Shown in pieces: positions 1-9,639 of a stretch of 51,502 nucleotides of DNA. Source of the stretch: Bacteroidota bacterium (lineage in GTDB: Bacteria; Bacteroidota; Ignavibacteria; UBA10030; UBA6906); contig JAGDMK010000002.1 of the NCBI GenBank assembly GCA_017860635.1, forward strand, positions 1 through 51,502, given 5' to 3'. Each line of letters starts with the position of its first letter. The first letter of the stretch is position 1. The position numbers and the translations under genes are program-made. The notes beneath the pieces are model-generated. The model was not told where the DNA came from, did no database searches, and was given only the letters and a program-made list of their open reading frames with translations.

Positions 1-1
1 C

Positions 2-847
2 CTGGAATATCCGACGGGATGGTACTACTGGTTGCCGCCGGTCGGAGGGAATGACGGAGAGCTGGGGAACGGGTTCGAGAACACGGTGGTGACGACGGAG
101 GCGGCGCACAGCGGATTGAATTCGCTGAAGTTCAACCTGCCGTTCAGCCGCCAGCCCCATGACGGGTTCGTCGGCATGCGGCGGGTCTCCCTCGGCAGCA
201 ACGCGAAAGTGGGGGATATCGTCCGGTTGACGGCCTGGCTGAAGGCAAGCAATCTGGTTCCGGACTCTGCAGCGTTGTATCCGGGGACCTGGTCAGTGGG
301 CTTGACGCCGCTCTGGTTTGCCAAGGGCGGGAACAACGACGGGTATGACGTGTTGCAGTCGAGTGACTACACGTGGCAGTTCCCGGCGGTGACGTCATTT
401 GACTGGACGCCATACACGCTGGATCTGCAGGTGCCGGCGAATGCGAAGGTGCTGGAGGTCCGTCTGCATGTGTATGCACGATTCACGGGCACGATCTACT
501 GGGATGATGTGTCAATCAGTGTGATCGGAAGCCTCACCTCTGCGGGTAAATCAAAGACCGAGATGCCGGTGTCGTATGAACTCGGTGACAACTATCCGAA
601 TCCGTTCAACCCTTCCACAAAGATACAGGTAGGGATTCCGGAAGCGGGCAACACGACGCTTGTCATCTATAATACGCTCGGTCAGACGGTCCGCACGGTG
701 ATGGATGAATACCGGGCAGCGGGCCGGTTTGAAGTCACGTGGGACGGCAAGGATGATACGGGCCGTACCGTCGGGACGGGTGTGTATCTGTACCGTCTTG
801 TGTCCGGCCAGACCTCATTGGTTAAGAAGATGATTCTTGTGAAGTAA
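2..847 (+). CDS. C-terminal part of a secreted protein with a CBM4/9-like carbohydrate-binding domain and a T9SS/FlgD-Ig C-terminal sorting domain (5' truncated by the window)
   Basis: Frame is open from base 2 (LEYPTGWYYW...). Jelly-roll CBM-like motifs (AHSGLNSLK, FDWTPYTLDLQVP, GTIYWDDVSI). Ends in NYPNPFNPST...IYNTLGQ...WDGKD...GVYLYRL...KKMILVK. Confidence 0.85.
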   Translation: MEYPTGWYYWLPPVGGNDGELGNGFENTVVTTEAAHSGLNSLKFNLPFSRQPHDGFVGMRRVSLGSNAKVGDIVRLTAWLKASNLVPDSAALYPGTWSVGLTPLWFAKGGNNDGYDVLQSSDYTWQFPAVTSFDWTPYTLDLQVPANAKVLEVRLHVYARFTGTIYWDDVSISVIGSLTSAGKSKTEMPVSYELGDNYPNPFNPSTKIQVGIPEAGNTTLVIYNTLGQTVRTVMDEYRAAGRFEVTWDGKDDTGRTVGTGVYLYRLVSGQTSLVKKMILVK

Positions 848-856
848 GCAGCGATC

Positions 857-887
857 GCAGGGGGTGCCCGCGCCGGGCATCCCCTGT
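857..887 (+). terminator. 14-bp GC-rich hairpin without U-tract (attenuator or mRNA-stabilising stem)
   Basis: gcagggggtgcccg-cgc-cgggcatcccctgt, 10 nt after the stop codon at 847. Confidence 0.6.
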
Positions 888-912
888 CGGTATAACATCC
901 AAGAGAACCATC

Positions 913-3609
913 ATGAGGACAAGCATTGTTGCGGGCCTCATCGCCGTGCTGTGCTATTCGGCGGTAGTATACGGCGGTACAACGGGCAAGATAGCCGGAA
1001 AGGTCACTGATGCCCAGACCGGCGAACCGCTTGTCGGCGTCAACGTTCTGGTTGTCGGCATGACGCTCGGTGCAAGCTCGGATATCGACGGCGAGTACTT
1101 CGTCTTGAATGTCCCTCCAGGAACCTACACCGTGAGGGCATCGGCGGTGGGGTATACCGCGATGACCGTCAATGCGGTGAAAGTCATGGTCGACCAGACA
1201 GTGCGCATCCCCTTCAGCCTGCAGCCCCAGACCGTCGAAATGAACGATGTGCTCATTACGGCTGAACGTCCGATCGTGCAGAAAGACCTCACATCCACGA
1301 CGGCTTCCGTCAGTGGCGAGGAGATTGCCTCGCTTCCGCTGGAGGACATTGCGTCTGTTGTGAACCTCCAGGCGGGAGTTGTGGACGGCCACTTCCGTGG
1401 CGGGCGATCCAACGAGGTGAAATATCTGATCGACGGGGTGTCGGTGAACGATGTCTTTTCAGGCGGGTTCACCCTCCAGGCAGAAGTGAACAGTATTGCG
1501 GAAGTGCAGGTGCTGAGCGGCACGTTCAATGCCGAATACGGCGAAGCAATGTCGGGTGTTGTCAACCAGGTCACGAAGATCGCCGGGGAACGGTACACCG
1601 GCGAAGTGTCTGCGTACGCCGGCGGATACATGACCGGCAGAACCGGGCTTTTTCTCGGCCGTGATGAGAAAGAGTTCCTCGGTTTTCTTCCCGAGCTCTA
1701 TTCAGGAGTGTACAACGTACAGGGAAGCCTGAGCGGTCCGGTGCCGGCCGTCCCGGAGCTTTTGCGGTTCTTTTTCTCCGGCCGCTATCTGGATGATAAC
1801 GGCTCCATATTCGGAACGCGCAAGTTCAACCCGCCGGATTCATCCGAGTTCTCGGCAAACGATCCCCGGGACTGGTTTGTCGGCGCGACTGGAGACGGGG
1901 CTGAAGTATCCATGAATTACTCCCGGCGCCTGACACTTCAGGGGAAGCTCGAAGCCAAGGTGGGAAGTGCGAAAGGGATTGTCCTGCAGGGCTTGTATCA
2001 GCAGACCAAATATCGTGAGTATGACCATGCCTTCCGCCTGAATCCGGACGGTGATTACCAGAGGATTCAGAAGAGCACGCTTCTCAGCGGGAGCTACACG
2101 CACGTGTTCGGTGAGTCCTCGTTTCTCGACGCAACGGCCTCGGCATTTCTGAGCGACTACAAGCAATACGTCTATGAAAACCCTCTCGACCCGCGGTATG
2201 TGAACCCGGAACGGCAGCAGGATGCCGGGGCCAATTCATTCCTTACCGGGGGAACGCAAAACTGGCACTTCAAGCATAACACAACGACGCTGACCGGCCG
2301 GTTGGACTACACCGCGCAGGTCACGCCGGTGCATCAGCTCAAGGCCGGCATTGACGGCCAGGTGCACACATTAGAATACTCGGATTTTCAGGTGCGGATT
2401 GACGCCTCAACGGGGTATCAGCCACAGATGCCGCCGGCGGGCAGCTTTGACTTCAACCAATACACCAACCATCCCTTCCAGTTTGCGGGATATGTCCAGG
2501 ACAAGATCGAACTGGAGTATCTCGTGGTCAATGTGGGAGTGCGGTTCGACTATTTCGAACCTGACGGAATGGTGCTGGTCAACCCGGACAGCATTGCTGC
2601 GCTTGATCGTATGCAGCCGCCTTACTCCGGACCGCTGTTTGCGAAGGCCAGTGCCAAGTACCAGTTCAGTCCCCGGGTGGGTCTTTCCTATCCTATTACC
2701 GATCGCGGAGCGGTGCATCTCTCCTACGGACATTTCTTCCAGGTGCCGGCCTTCTCGTACCTGTACAAGAACCCCAGTTTCCGCATCCCGCTCACCGGTA
2801 CATACCCGGAGTTCGTCGGCAATACGATCGGCAATGCCGACCTCGAGCCGCAGCGGACGACCATGTATGAGATCGGTCTTCAGCAGGAGCTGACGCCGAC
2901 CATAGGAGTAACGCTGACGGGGTACTACAAGGATATCCGGAATTTGCTCGGCCTGGAGATTCACATCAAGAACGACTTCAAGAAGTTCGGCAAGTATGTG
3001 AACCGGAACTACGGAGCGGTGCGCGGCATCACGCTTTCCTTTGAGAAGAGGCTCACCGACGGGTTCGGGACAAATGTGGACTACACCTATCAGATCGCGA
3101 AGGGTGACGCCTCGGATCCGAATGACGACTATAACAAAGCCCAGGCGAGTCCACCCATCGAGACCAACCGGTCCCTTGTGCCGTTAAGCTGGGACAGGCG
3201 GCATTCATTGAATGCAACGATCACGCTTGGCACACCCGACGATTTCATTGCCAGCCTGATTGGGCGCTTCGGATCCGGACTTCCCTATACACCGTCGCTG
3301 GTCAACCAGCGGACCGGACTCGAGAACAGTGACAACCGTCCCTCGTTCTACAACGTCGACTTGTATTGTACAAAGTATTTCACATTCAACGGGATGAATC
3401 TGTCGCTCTTTCTGAAGGTCTACAACCTGTTTGACACTGCAAACGAGTTGAACGTGTTCGGTGATACAGGGCGCGCCGGGTACACGCTGGAGCTCACGCG
3501 AGCGCAGGAAGCACCGCGGGGTGCGAACACGCTCGAGGAATACTACTCGCGGCCCGACTTCTACTCCTCGCCGCGGCAGGTCATGATCGGTGCAGCGCTG
3601 GGGTTCTGA
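913..3609 (+). CDS. TonB-dependent receptor with N-terminal carboxypeptidase-regulatory-like domain
   Basis: Signal peptide; GKIAGKVTDAQTGEPLVGVNV domain; plug motifs RGGRSNEVKYLIDG and GTFNAEYG; barrel motifs YVQDKIE, SPRVGLSYP, GNADLEPQRT; C-terminal Phe. Confidence 0.93.
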   Translation: MRTSIVAGLIAVLCYSAVVYGGTTGKIAGKVTDAQTGEPLVGVNVLVVGMTLGASSDIDGEYFVLNVPPGTYTVRASAVGYTAMTVNAVKVMVDQTVRIPFSLQPQTVEMNDVLITAERPIVQKDLTSTTASVSGEEIASLPLEDIASVVNLQAGVVDGHFRGGRSNEVKYLIDGVSVNDVFSGGFTLQAEVNSIAEVQVLSGTFNAEYGEAMSGVVNQVTKIAGERYTGEVSAYAGGYMTGRTGLFLGRDEKEFLGFLPELYSGVYNVQGSLSGPVPAVPELLRFFFSGRYLDDNGSIFGTRKFNPPDSSEFSANDPRDWFVGATGDGAEVSMNYSRRLTLQGKLEAKVGSAKGIVLQGLYQQTKYREYDHAFRLNPDGDYQRIQKSTLLSGSYTHVFGESSFLDATASAFLSDYKQYVYENPLDPRYVNPERQQDAGANSFLTGGTQNWHFKHNTTTLTGRLDYTAQVTPVHQLKAGIDGQVHTLEYSDFQVRIDASTGYQPQMPPAGSFDFNQYTNHPFQFAGYVQDKIELEYLVVNVGVRFDYFEPDGMVLVNPDSIAALDRMQPPYSGPLFAKASAKYQFSPRVGLSYPITDRGAVHLSYGHFFQVPAFSYLYKNPSFRIPLTGTYPEFVGNTIGNADLEPQRTTMYEIGLQQELTPTIGVTLTGYYKDIRNLLGLEIHIKNDFKKFGKYVNRNYGAVRGITLSFEKRLTDGFGTNVDYTYQIAKGDASDPNDDYNKAQASPPIETNRSLVPLSWDRRHSLNATITLGTPDDFIASLIGRFGSGLPYTPSLVNQRTGLENSDNRPSFYNVDLYCTKYFTFNGMNLSLFLKVYNLFDTANELNVFGDTGRAGYTLELTRAQEAPRGANTLEEYYSRPDFYSSPRQVMIGAALGF

Positions 3610-3645
3610 CAGCATCTGTTCGAGCCCGTGCAAGGTTCCACAGAG

Positions 3646-6600
3646 ATGAGGCTTCCCATGCTGTTTACTCTTCGATTCTATCGCCGGCTTGCGATCCTGC
3701 TGGTCCTCCTTTGCGCCGGGACACTGTTTTGTACGGGTCAGTACATTGTGGACAAGACAAAAGGCCAGCACGGGGAGACCAAAAAGGGATACATGGACGG
3801 CAACCTCGTCGGTACCGTGTACTACAATTTCGGCGAGGTAGCGGACTGGCAGAATGAACCGACCCGGAGCGGCGTGTGGCCCAAAGGGACCAACCACACG
3901 TATGTCGACGGTGTGGCCATGATTGTACAGGCAGAGACATCTGCACCTGATCCCGCGAATCCCTCCAACACGGTCACGTTCCATCCGCTCGAGACGAATT
4001 ACTATGAGTACACACGGTACGACAGGAGCACTGGCGTAACCTATGGGTGGTGGCCGCTGCCGGGGTATGCAGCCCGATTCCAATCGAGTCCCGCGGTGAG
4101 CAACGACCCGTCAACCTGGCCGCCGCACTGGCCAGACCGCCCGAATACCTGGGACGGATACTGGAGCGGGTACTTTGGCAAGGGGGTCCTCAATGCCGAC
4201 CTCGAAACGTACTTCGTCTACGATGATAACGAGGATCGTGAATATCTCCTCCGCTATAACTACAGACCGGATGCCGCCGATACGTCGCGCGGAGGACTTG
4301 GCATGCAAGTGCGGGCCCGGGGATTCCAGTGGTCGCAAGTCCTTGCCGAAGACGTGATCTTCTGGCACTACGAAATCTCCAACATGTCCAGCACGGACTA
4401 CACGCGAACGCTGTTCGCGCAGTACGTAGACTGGGGCATCGGAGGGCACGACAACTCATCAAACAATGCCGGGGATTACAACAAGCTGCTGAACATCTCG
4501 TACGCCTGGTCCACGGTCTCGCGCGGCAACCCCGGGAACTGGAGCCCCGTCGGTCTTTCGGGATACGCCTTCCTGGAAAGCCCGGGCCTCGCCAACGACG
4601 GTCGCGACAACGATCTTGACGGACTCACGGAAGAACGGCGCGACAATACCGCGAACCTGTTCATCAAGGAGCCATCCCAGGATCCGTTCCTGCGGGATGT
4701 GCTGAAGGACACCGCCCAGTTCCGCGTTTTCTACGGGGTCGACTGGAAGCCCCACTGGGATGCCGACGAGAACGGCAACTGGCGGTCCTTCGACGATGTC
4801 GATGCAAATGGCACCTGGGAAAACGGAGAGCCTCTCAACGATGACGTCGGCTCCGATGGCATCGGTCCGCTGGATGACGGCTACCTGGGTCCGGATCTGA
4901 ACGGCTCGGAGGGGAACGGCAGGCCGGATCAGGGCGAGCCGAATTTCGGCATCCTGGACAAGGACGAATCCGACCAGCTCGGGTTGACCGGATTTTTGAT
5001 TTCGGCAGTGCACACGTATGATCTGAATGACGACGAGCGGAACTGGAAGGCTCTATCGGCGTTGCCGGAGCCGCACGGCGGCGAGCTGGTCGGTGTCAAC
5101 CTGGCCAACCATTTCTCAAGCTACCTCTTCCGGCTCCTGGGCAGAAATTCATATGCTGCGCAGACGGGCACCATCGAAGAAACCGGCGCTACGGAACGCT
5201 TCTCCATGGCATTGATCTTCGGCATGGACGTGGACGACCTCTTCCGGCGGAAGCGGACGGTGCAGCAGATCTACAACGCCAGCTACCGGTTTGCCAAACC
5301 GCCCGAGAAACCCGTCGTGAAGGCGATTCCGGGCGACGGGCGCGTGATCCTCTACTGGGATGACCGTGCCGAGCGCACCTTTGACGCGTTCTATCAGAAG
5401 TACAATTTCGAAGGATACCGGGTGTATCGCAGCACCGACGCGAACTTCATGGAAAGCAAGATCATCACCGACGCATACGGAAAGGCGACGTATCGCAAGC
5501 CGCTTGCGCAGTTTGATCTTGTCGACGGCGTGCAGGGGCTCCATCCAATCAACGTCAACGGCGCGCTGTTCCATCTCGGCGACGAGACTGGACTCCAGCA
5601 CTCGCTCATCGATTCAAGCGTCCAGAACGGGCAGACGTACTACTATGCCGTGGTGTCGTACGATCAGGGCTTCACCACGACAACAATCGAGCAGGATTTC
5701 CTCGGCATTCCTCCTTCCGAGTGCACCAGCATCATCAAGGTCGATATCAACGGACAGGTAAAGACCGACATCAATACGGCCGTTGTCGTCCCGCGCCCGC
5801 CCGCGGCAGGCTACGTGGCAGCGCGGCTTCCCATCGTGGAGGTCACCGGTCCTGGCACAGGCACCGTGACGGCGGATATTCTGGATCCGGATTCTCTGCG
5901 TTCCAACCACACATACAAGATCGGATTCGTCGACTCGACGGCGTTCCACACAGCGGCCAATCCGTACTACTTCCTCACGGACATGACGACGGGAGACACG
6001 CTGATCACGCCGCGGCGCATGCCGGCACGAAAGGTCACCACGCCGGTAATGCACGGGTTCAGCGTGACAATGCAGAACGATCCAGCCGTAGAAATTGACC
6101 GGAACAAATCGGGCTGGAAGACGGGAAAGACGACCTATGTCACGGAAGCGGGATTCAACACCGCATTCGGACAGGGAGCTCTTGCCCTGCGCAGAGTGGA
6201 CTACCCCGCAGATTTCGAGATCCGCTTCACGAATCCCGGCAAGGGCACCATTGCACTTCCGCGGTCCACGTTCTCAAACCCTAATCCCTCGAACGTTGTC
6301 ATCAAGAACCTGACCGAGAACCGGGACAGCATCGCGCTGGTGTTCTTCGACGAGAATGCGAACGAAGTTCTGGACCCCGGCGAGGCAATCTTTATTGCCG
6401 TGGGTGACTCGGCAGGAAAACCTGCGCCGTCGTTCCGCGATGCGCGGTTCACCTGGTCCCTTGCGTTCACAAAGGACACGCTGATTGCCGAGGCGGACCA
6501 GCGTGCGCCTCAGCCGGGCGACGTGTACCTGATTTCGACACGGAAGCCGTTCCGTACAGGCGAGTTCACGGGGTTTCAGGCTCAATCGCAGCAGTACGAT

Positions 6601-6933
6601 GCAGCAAAAGCCCAATCGGACCTCGCCAATGTAGCAGTGGTACCCAACCCGTATGCCGGTGCGGCCTCATGGGAACCTGCCACAACATCTGTGGGGCGCG
6701 GGGAACGGCGCATCTTTTTTATTCACCTCCCGCGCGAGTGCACGATCAGGATCTACACGATGGCAGGCCGTCTTGTGCAGACCATTCAACATGTCTCATC
6801 GCTTGCCGACGGACAGACGTCATGGAACCTGGTGTCGCGTGACGGTATGGATGTCGCCTATGGCGTGTATGTGTACCATGTCGATGCGCCCGGCGTGGGG
6901 ACCACCGTCGGCAAATTCGCCGTTCTAAAGTAG
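3646..6933 (+). CDS. Large secreted uncharacterised protein with DxDxDG-type loops, an FN3-like domain and a divergent T9SS-like C-terminal domain
   Basis: Hydrophobic N-terminus; DNDLDG, DADENG, DVDANG loops; FN3-like segment AIPGDGRVILYWD...FEGYRVYRS...YYYAVVSYD; C-terminus VVPNPY...IRIYTMAG...WNLVSRDG...GVYVYHV...KFAVLK. Start uncertain (3628/3646/3658). Confidence 0.8.
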   Translation: MRLPMLFTLRFYRRLAILLVLLCAGTLFCTGQYIVDKTKGQHGETKKGYMDGNLVGTVYYNFGEVADWQNEPTRSGVWPKGTNHTYVDGVAMIVQAETSAPDPANPSNTVTFHPLETNYYEYTRYDRSTGVTYGWWPLPGYAARFQSSPAVSNDPSTWPPHWPDRPNTWDGYWSGYFGKGVLNADLETYFVYDDNEDREYLLRYNYRPDAADTSRGGLGMQVRARGFQWSQVLAEDVIFWHYEISNMSSTDYTRTLFAQYVDWGIGGHDNSSNNAGDYNKLLNISYAWSTVSRGNPGNWSPVGLSGYAFLESPGLANDGRDNDLDGLTEERRDNTANLFIKEPSQDPFLRDVLKDTAQFRVFYGVDWKPHWDADENGNWRSFDDVDANGTWENGEPLNDDVGSDGIGPLDDGYLGPDLNGSEGNGRPDQGEPNFGILDKDESDQLGLTGFLISAVHTYDLNDDERNWKALSALPEPHGGELVGVNLANHFSSYLFRLLGRNSYAAQTGTIEETGATERFSMALIFGMDVDDLFRRKRTVQQIYNASYRFAKPPEKPVVKAIPGDGRVILYWDDRAERTFDAFYQKYNFEGYRVYRSTDANFMESKIITDAYGKATYRKPLAQFDLVDGVQGLHPINVNGALFHLGDETGLQHSLIDSSVQNGQTYYYAVVSYDQGFTTTTIEQDFLGIPPSECTSIIKVDINGQVKTDINTAVVVPRPPAAGYVAARLPIVEVTGPGTGTVTADILDPDSLRSNHTYKIGFVDSTAFHTAANPYYFLTDMTTGDTLITPRRMPARKVTTPVMHGFSVTMQNDPAVEIDRNKSGWKTGKTTYVTEAGFNTAFGQGALALRRVDYPADFEIRFTNPGKGTIALPRSTFSNPNPSNVVIKNLTENRDSIALVFFDENANEVLDPGEAIFIAVGDSAGKPAPSFRDARFTWSLAFTKDTLIAEADQRAPQPGDVYLISTRKPFRTGEFTGFQAQSQQYDAAKAQSDLANVAVVPNPYAGAASWEPATTSVGRGERRIFFIHLPRECTIRIYTMAGRLVQTIQHVSSLADGQTSWNLVSRDGMDVAYGVYVYHVDAPGVGTTVGKFAVLK

Positions 6934-6946
6934 GAGGAGAGAGCGT

Positions 6947-7987
6947 ATGACCTCATTGCGAAGTGTGCTCCTTCTTGTCGTACTTGTGTTGCCGGCTGCG
7001 GCGTGCGCACAACCGGGCTCCCAGGAAGTGGCCAAAACGGGTACGGTGGCTGCACCGTTCCTCGAGATCCCTGCCGGGGCCGCGGCCATGGGCATGGGCA
7101 CGGCGTTTGTCAGCATCGCCAACGATGCGTCGGCGCTCTACTGGAATCCCGCGGGCGCAGCTCTCTTCACACAGAACGAAATCGTTGCGAACCACATGAC
7201 ATGGATCGCGGACACGCGGTTCGACTTTGCTGCGCTCGCCATCCCGTTGGGCGACGTCGGGACGTTTGGCCTGAGCTTCACCTCACTCTCAATGGACGAC
7301 ATGAAGGTCCGGACGGTAGACCAGCCCGAAGGGACCGGCGAGTATTTCAGCGCGGGGGACATCGCTGCCGGACTCTCCTATGCTCGGCAACTGAGCGAAC
7401 GCTTCTCGGTGGGGTTCACAGTCAAGTATATCCAGCAGAGCATCTGGCACGAATCGGCCAGCGCATTTGCGCTCGACATCGGAACGCTGTTCCGCACGGA
7501 TCTCCTCGGCGGACTGGTGGTCGGCGCCTCCCTGTCGAACTTCGGCACATCGATGCGGCTCGACGGACGCGATACGCGCCAGTTCGGCCGTGTGGATGAT
7601 ACCAAACTCGGTTCCAATGACCAGATTCCTTCGACCATCGAAATGGAATCCTGGGATCTGCCGTTGTTGTTCCATCTCGGTCTCTCCTTCAACCCCGTGA
7701 AGGACGACGAGTATCGCTGGACGGTGGCAGTCGATGCGCTTCATCCGAGCGACGACTATGAGAGCCTGAGTGTGGGCACGGAGCTGGCCTTCCGCGAATT
7801 CCTGTGCGTACGTGCCGGATACCATTCGCTCTTCCTCGACGAGGCAGAAGGAGGATTGGCGCTGGGCTTCGGGCTCACGTCGTCAATGCTCTTCTCGTCC
7901 ATGACGATTGTGCGACTGGACTACGCATACAACGACATGGGCCGGCTGGGAGGCGTCAACATGATCTCACTGGGGATACGGTTTTGA
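6947..7987 (+). CDS. PorV/PorQ-family (UPF0164, FadL-like) outer-membrane beta-barrel
   Basis: Signal peptide; family motif FLEIPAGAAAMGMG.AF...ANDASALYWNPAG; alternating beta-strands; C-terminal LGIRF; SD aggagga. Confidence 0.88.
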   Translation: MTSLRSVLLLVVLVLPAAACAQPGSQEVAKTGTVAAPFLEIPAGAAAMGMGTAFVSIANDASALYWNPAGAALFTQNEIVANHMTWIADTRFDFAALAIPLGDVGTFGLSFTSLSMDDMKVRTVDQPEGTGEYFSAGDIAAGLSYARQLSERFSVGFTVKYIQQSIWHESASAFALDIGTLFRTDLLGGLVVGASLSNFGTSMRLDGRDTRQFGRVDDTKLGSNDQIPSTIEMESWDLPLLFHLGLSFNPVKDDEYRWTVAVDALHPSDDYESLSVGTELAFREFLCVRAGYHSLFLDEAEGGLALGFGLTSSMLFSSMTIVRLDYAYNDMGRLGGVNMISLGIRF

Positions 7988-8021
7988 CCGGCTCCGCACG
8001 ACTCGTCTGGCTATTGCGCTG

Positions 8022-9632
8022 ATGCGAGCCCGCTCCCCGCGGAGCCCATTGCTCCTCGCGGCGTTCCTCTTCTGGTTCGGCGGACCTGCGACGGCCCAGG
8101 AGCAGGACCTGCGCACGCTGCTTTCCCCCGATCCGCTGGATACTGCTGTGGCCAACACGGTCGTGGCCCGCGTCGGCCCCGCATCCATCACGGCCCGGGA
8201 ATTCTTCTTCAATTATCTGTTCGGGCCATCATTCGTGAAGAAACGGCCGGACTCACGGCGGCGGCACCTCGATTTCATGCTTCACGAAAAACTCCTGGCA
8301 CTCGGCGAAGAGGCAAAGGGAAAAATTCAGGACCGCCGCGTTGAAGAGAACCTCCTGGCCGTGGAGGGAGATGTTGCGACAGAAGAACTCTATCGCGACG
8401 ATGTGTTGAGCCGGGTCCGCGTGACAGAACAAGAGATCGACTCAGCCGTACACCGGCAGAGTGTCGAAGTGAGCATGCGCTGGCTGTACGCACGGGAGGA
8501 ACAGGATGCCCGCACCCGGAGCCAGGCACTCCGGAACGGGGCTTCGTTCGACTCACTGTTCTTCATGCAGTTCAGCGACAGCAACCTTCAACGTGACGAC
8601 CGCATGATGCGGACAACCCTGTTCGGGTTGATGCAGCGCAACGGTGCGATGAGCCGGATTGCAGAAGGTCTTTCCGCGGGAATGCCGTCAGGCCCGGTGA
8701 GGGGGGCGGACGGCTGGTACATCCTCCAGGTCGATTCGCTCTGGACAAACGTCATCACCACAGGATCTGCAGATGCTGAAATGCGGCTGAGCGCCCTCCG
8801 CGCGGTCACGCAGATGAACGCTGACAGCATCTCCGACGCCTACATCCGGCAAATGATGCTCGATGCCGACCCCGTCATCCAGCGCCGGACGTTGGACATT
8901 CTCCGTGCGCACCTCGGGGAAAGAGTGCTGACGCCAGAGACATTCACGGCCTGGGATCTGGCGGGGCGTTTCCGTGCAGAACAGTCGCCTGTGGATTACG
9001 CTTATGTGGAACAGCATGAGGAAGATGTGCTTGTGACCCTGCGCGGGAAAACGATTACGCTCGGCCAGTTCCTCCGGTGGTACAGAATGCGGGAGACCGC
9101 CCTGAAACTCCGGTTGACCTCTCCGCAGGCGTTCTTCCTCTCTCTGGAAGATCTTGTGTGGCGCATGGTTCGTGATGAATTGCTGGTGGAGCGGGCCAGA
9201 AACCGCCGCCTGCACGAACGCCCGGAAGTGAGTACACAAGTCCGGTGGTGGAAAGACAAGCTGCTCTATCAGGTGGCGAAGGATTCGCTGCGGAGGGCGA
9301 TCGGTTGGACTGACTCCACGCTGCAGGCGTACTACGCGGCACATCCTCGCTCTTTCCAGGACAGCAGCGGCAACGTTCTCCCGTTCGGGTTCGTGCGGGA
9401 TGACGTTCTGCGCGAATGGTACGCCCTGACGCTCTCGGAACGCATTGTCCGTCGTCTCGCAGAGTTGCGGCGTCAATTTCCGGTCACCGTTGATGAAGAC
9501 GCTCTCAAGCGCATTCCTGTGGATGCAGAGAACAACCCGCGCGCCATCGACATTGTTGCGGCCAAAAAAGGGGGCACGTTCCCGCGCCCGGCGTTCCCAA
9601 CTATCGATCCGTTCTGGCAGACCTGGCAATAG
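8022..9632 (+). CDS. Periplasmic SurA/PrsA/PpiC-like chaperone (peptidyl-prolyl isomerase-like)
   Basis: Signal peptide; VVARVG..ITAREF; helical SurA-N-like regions; parvulin-like LRNGASFDSL...G.PSGPVRGADGWYILQV. Confidence 0.7.
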   Translation: MRARSPRSPLLLAAFLFWFGGPATAQEQDLRTLLSPDPLDTAVANTVVARVGPASITAREFFFNYLFGPSFVKKRPDSRRRHLDFMLHEKLLALGEEAKGKIQDRRVEENLLAVEGDVATEELYRDDVLSRVRVTEQEIDSAVHRQSVEVSMRWLYAREEQDARTRSQALRNGASFDSLFFMQFSDSNLQRDDRMMRTTLFGLMQRNGAMSRIAEGLSAGMPSGPVRGADGWYILQVDSLWTNVITTGSADAEMRLSALRAVTQMNADSISDAYIRQMMLDADPVIQRRTLDILRAHLGERVLTPETFTAWDLAGRFRAEQSPVDYAYVEQHEEDVLVTLRGKTITLGQFLRWYRMRETALKLRLTSPQAFFLSLEDLVWRMVRDELLVERARNRRLHERPEVSTQVRWWKDKLLYQVAKDSLRRAIGWTDSTLQAYYAAHPRSFQDSSGNVLPFGFVRDDVLREWYALTLSERIVRRLAELRRQFPVTVDEDALKRIPVDAENNPRAIDIVAAKKGGTFPRPAFPTIDPFWQTWQ

Positions 9633-9639
9633 AGGGTTC

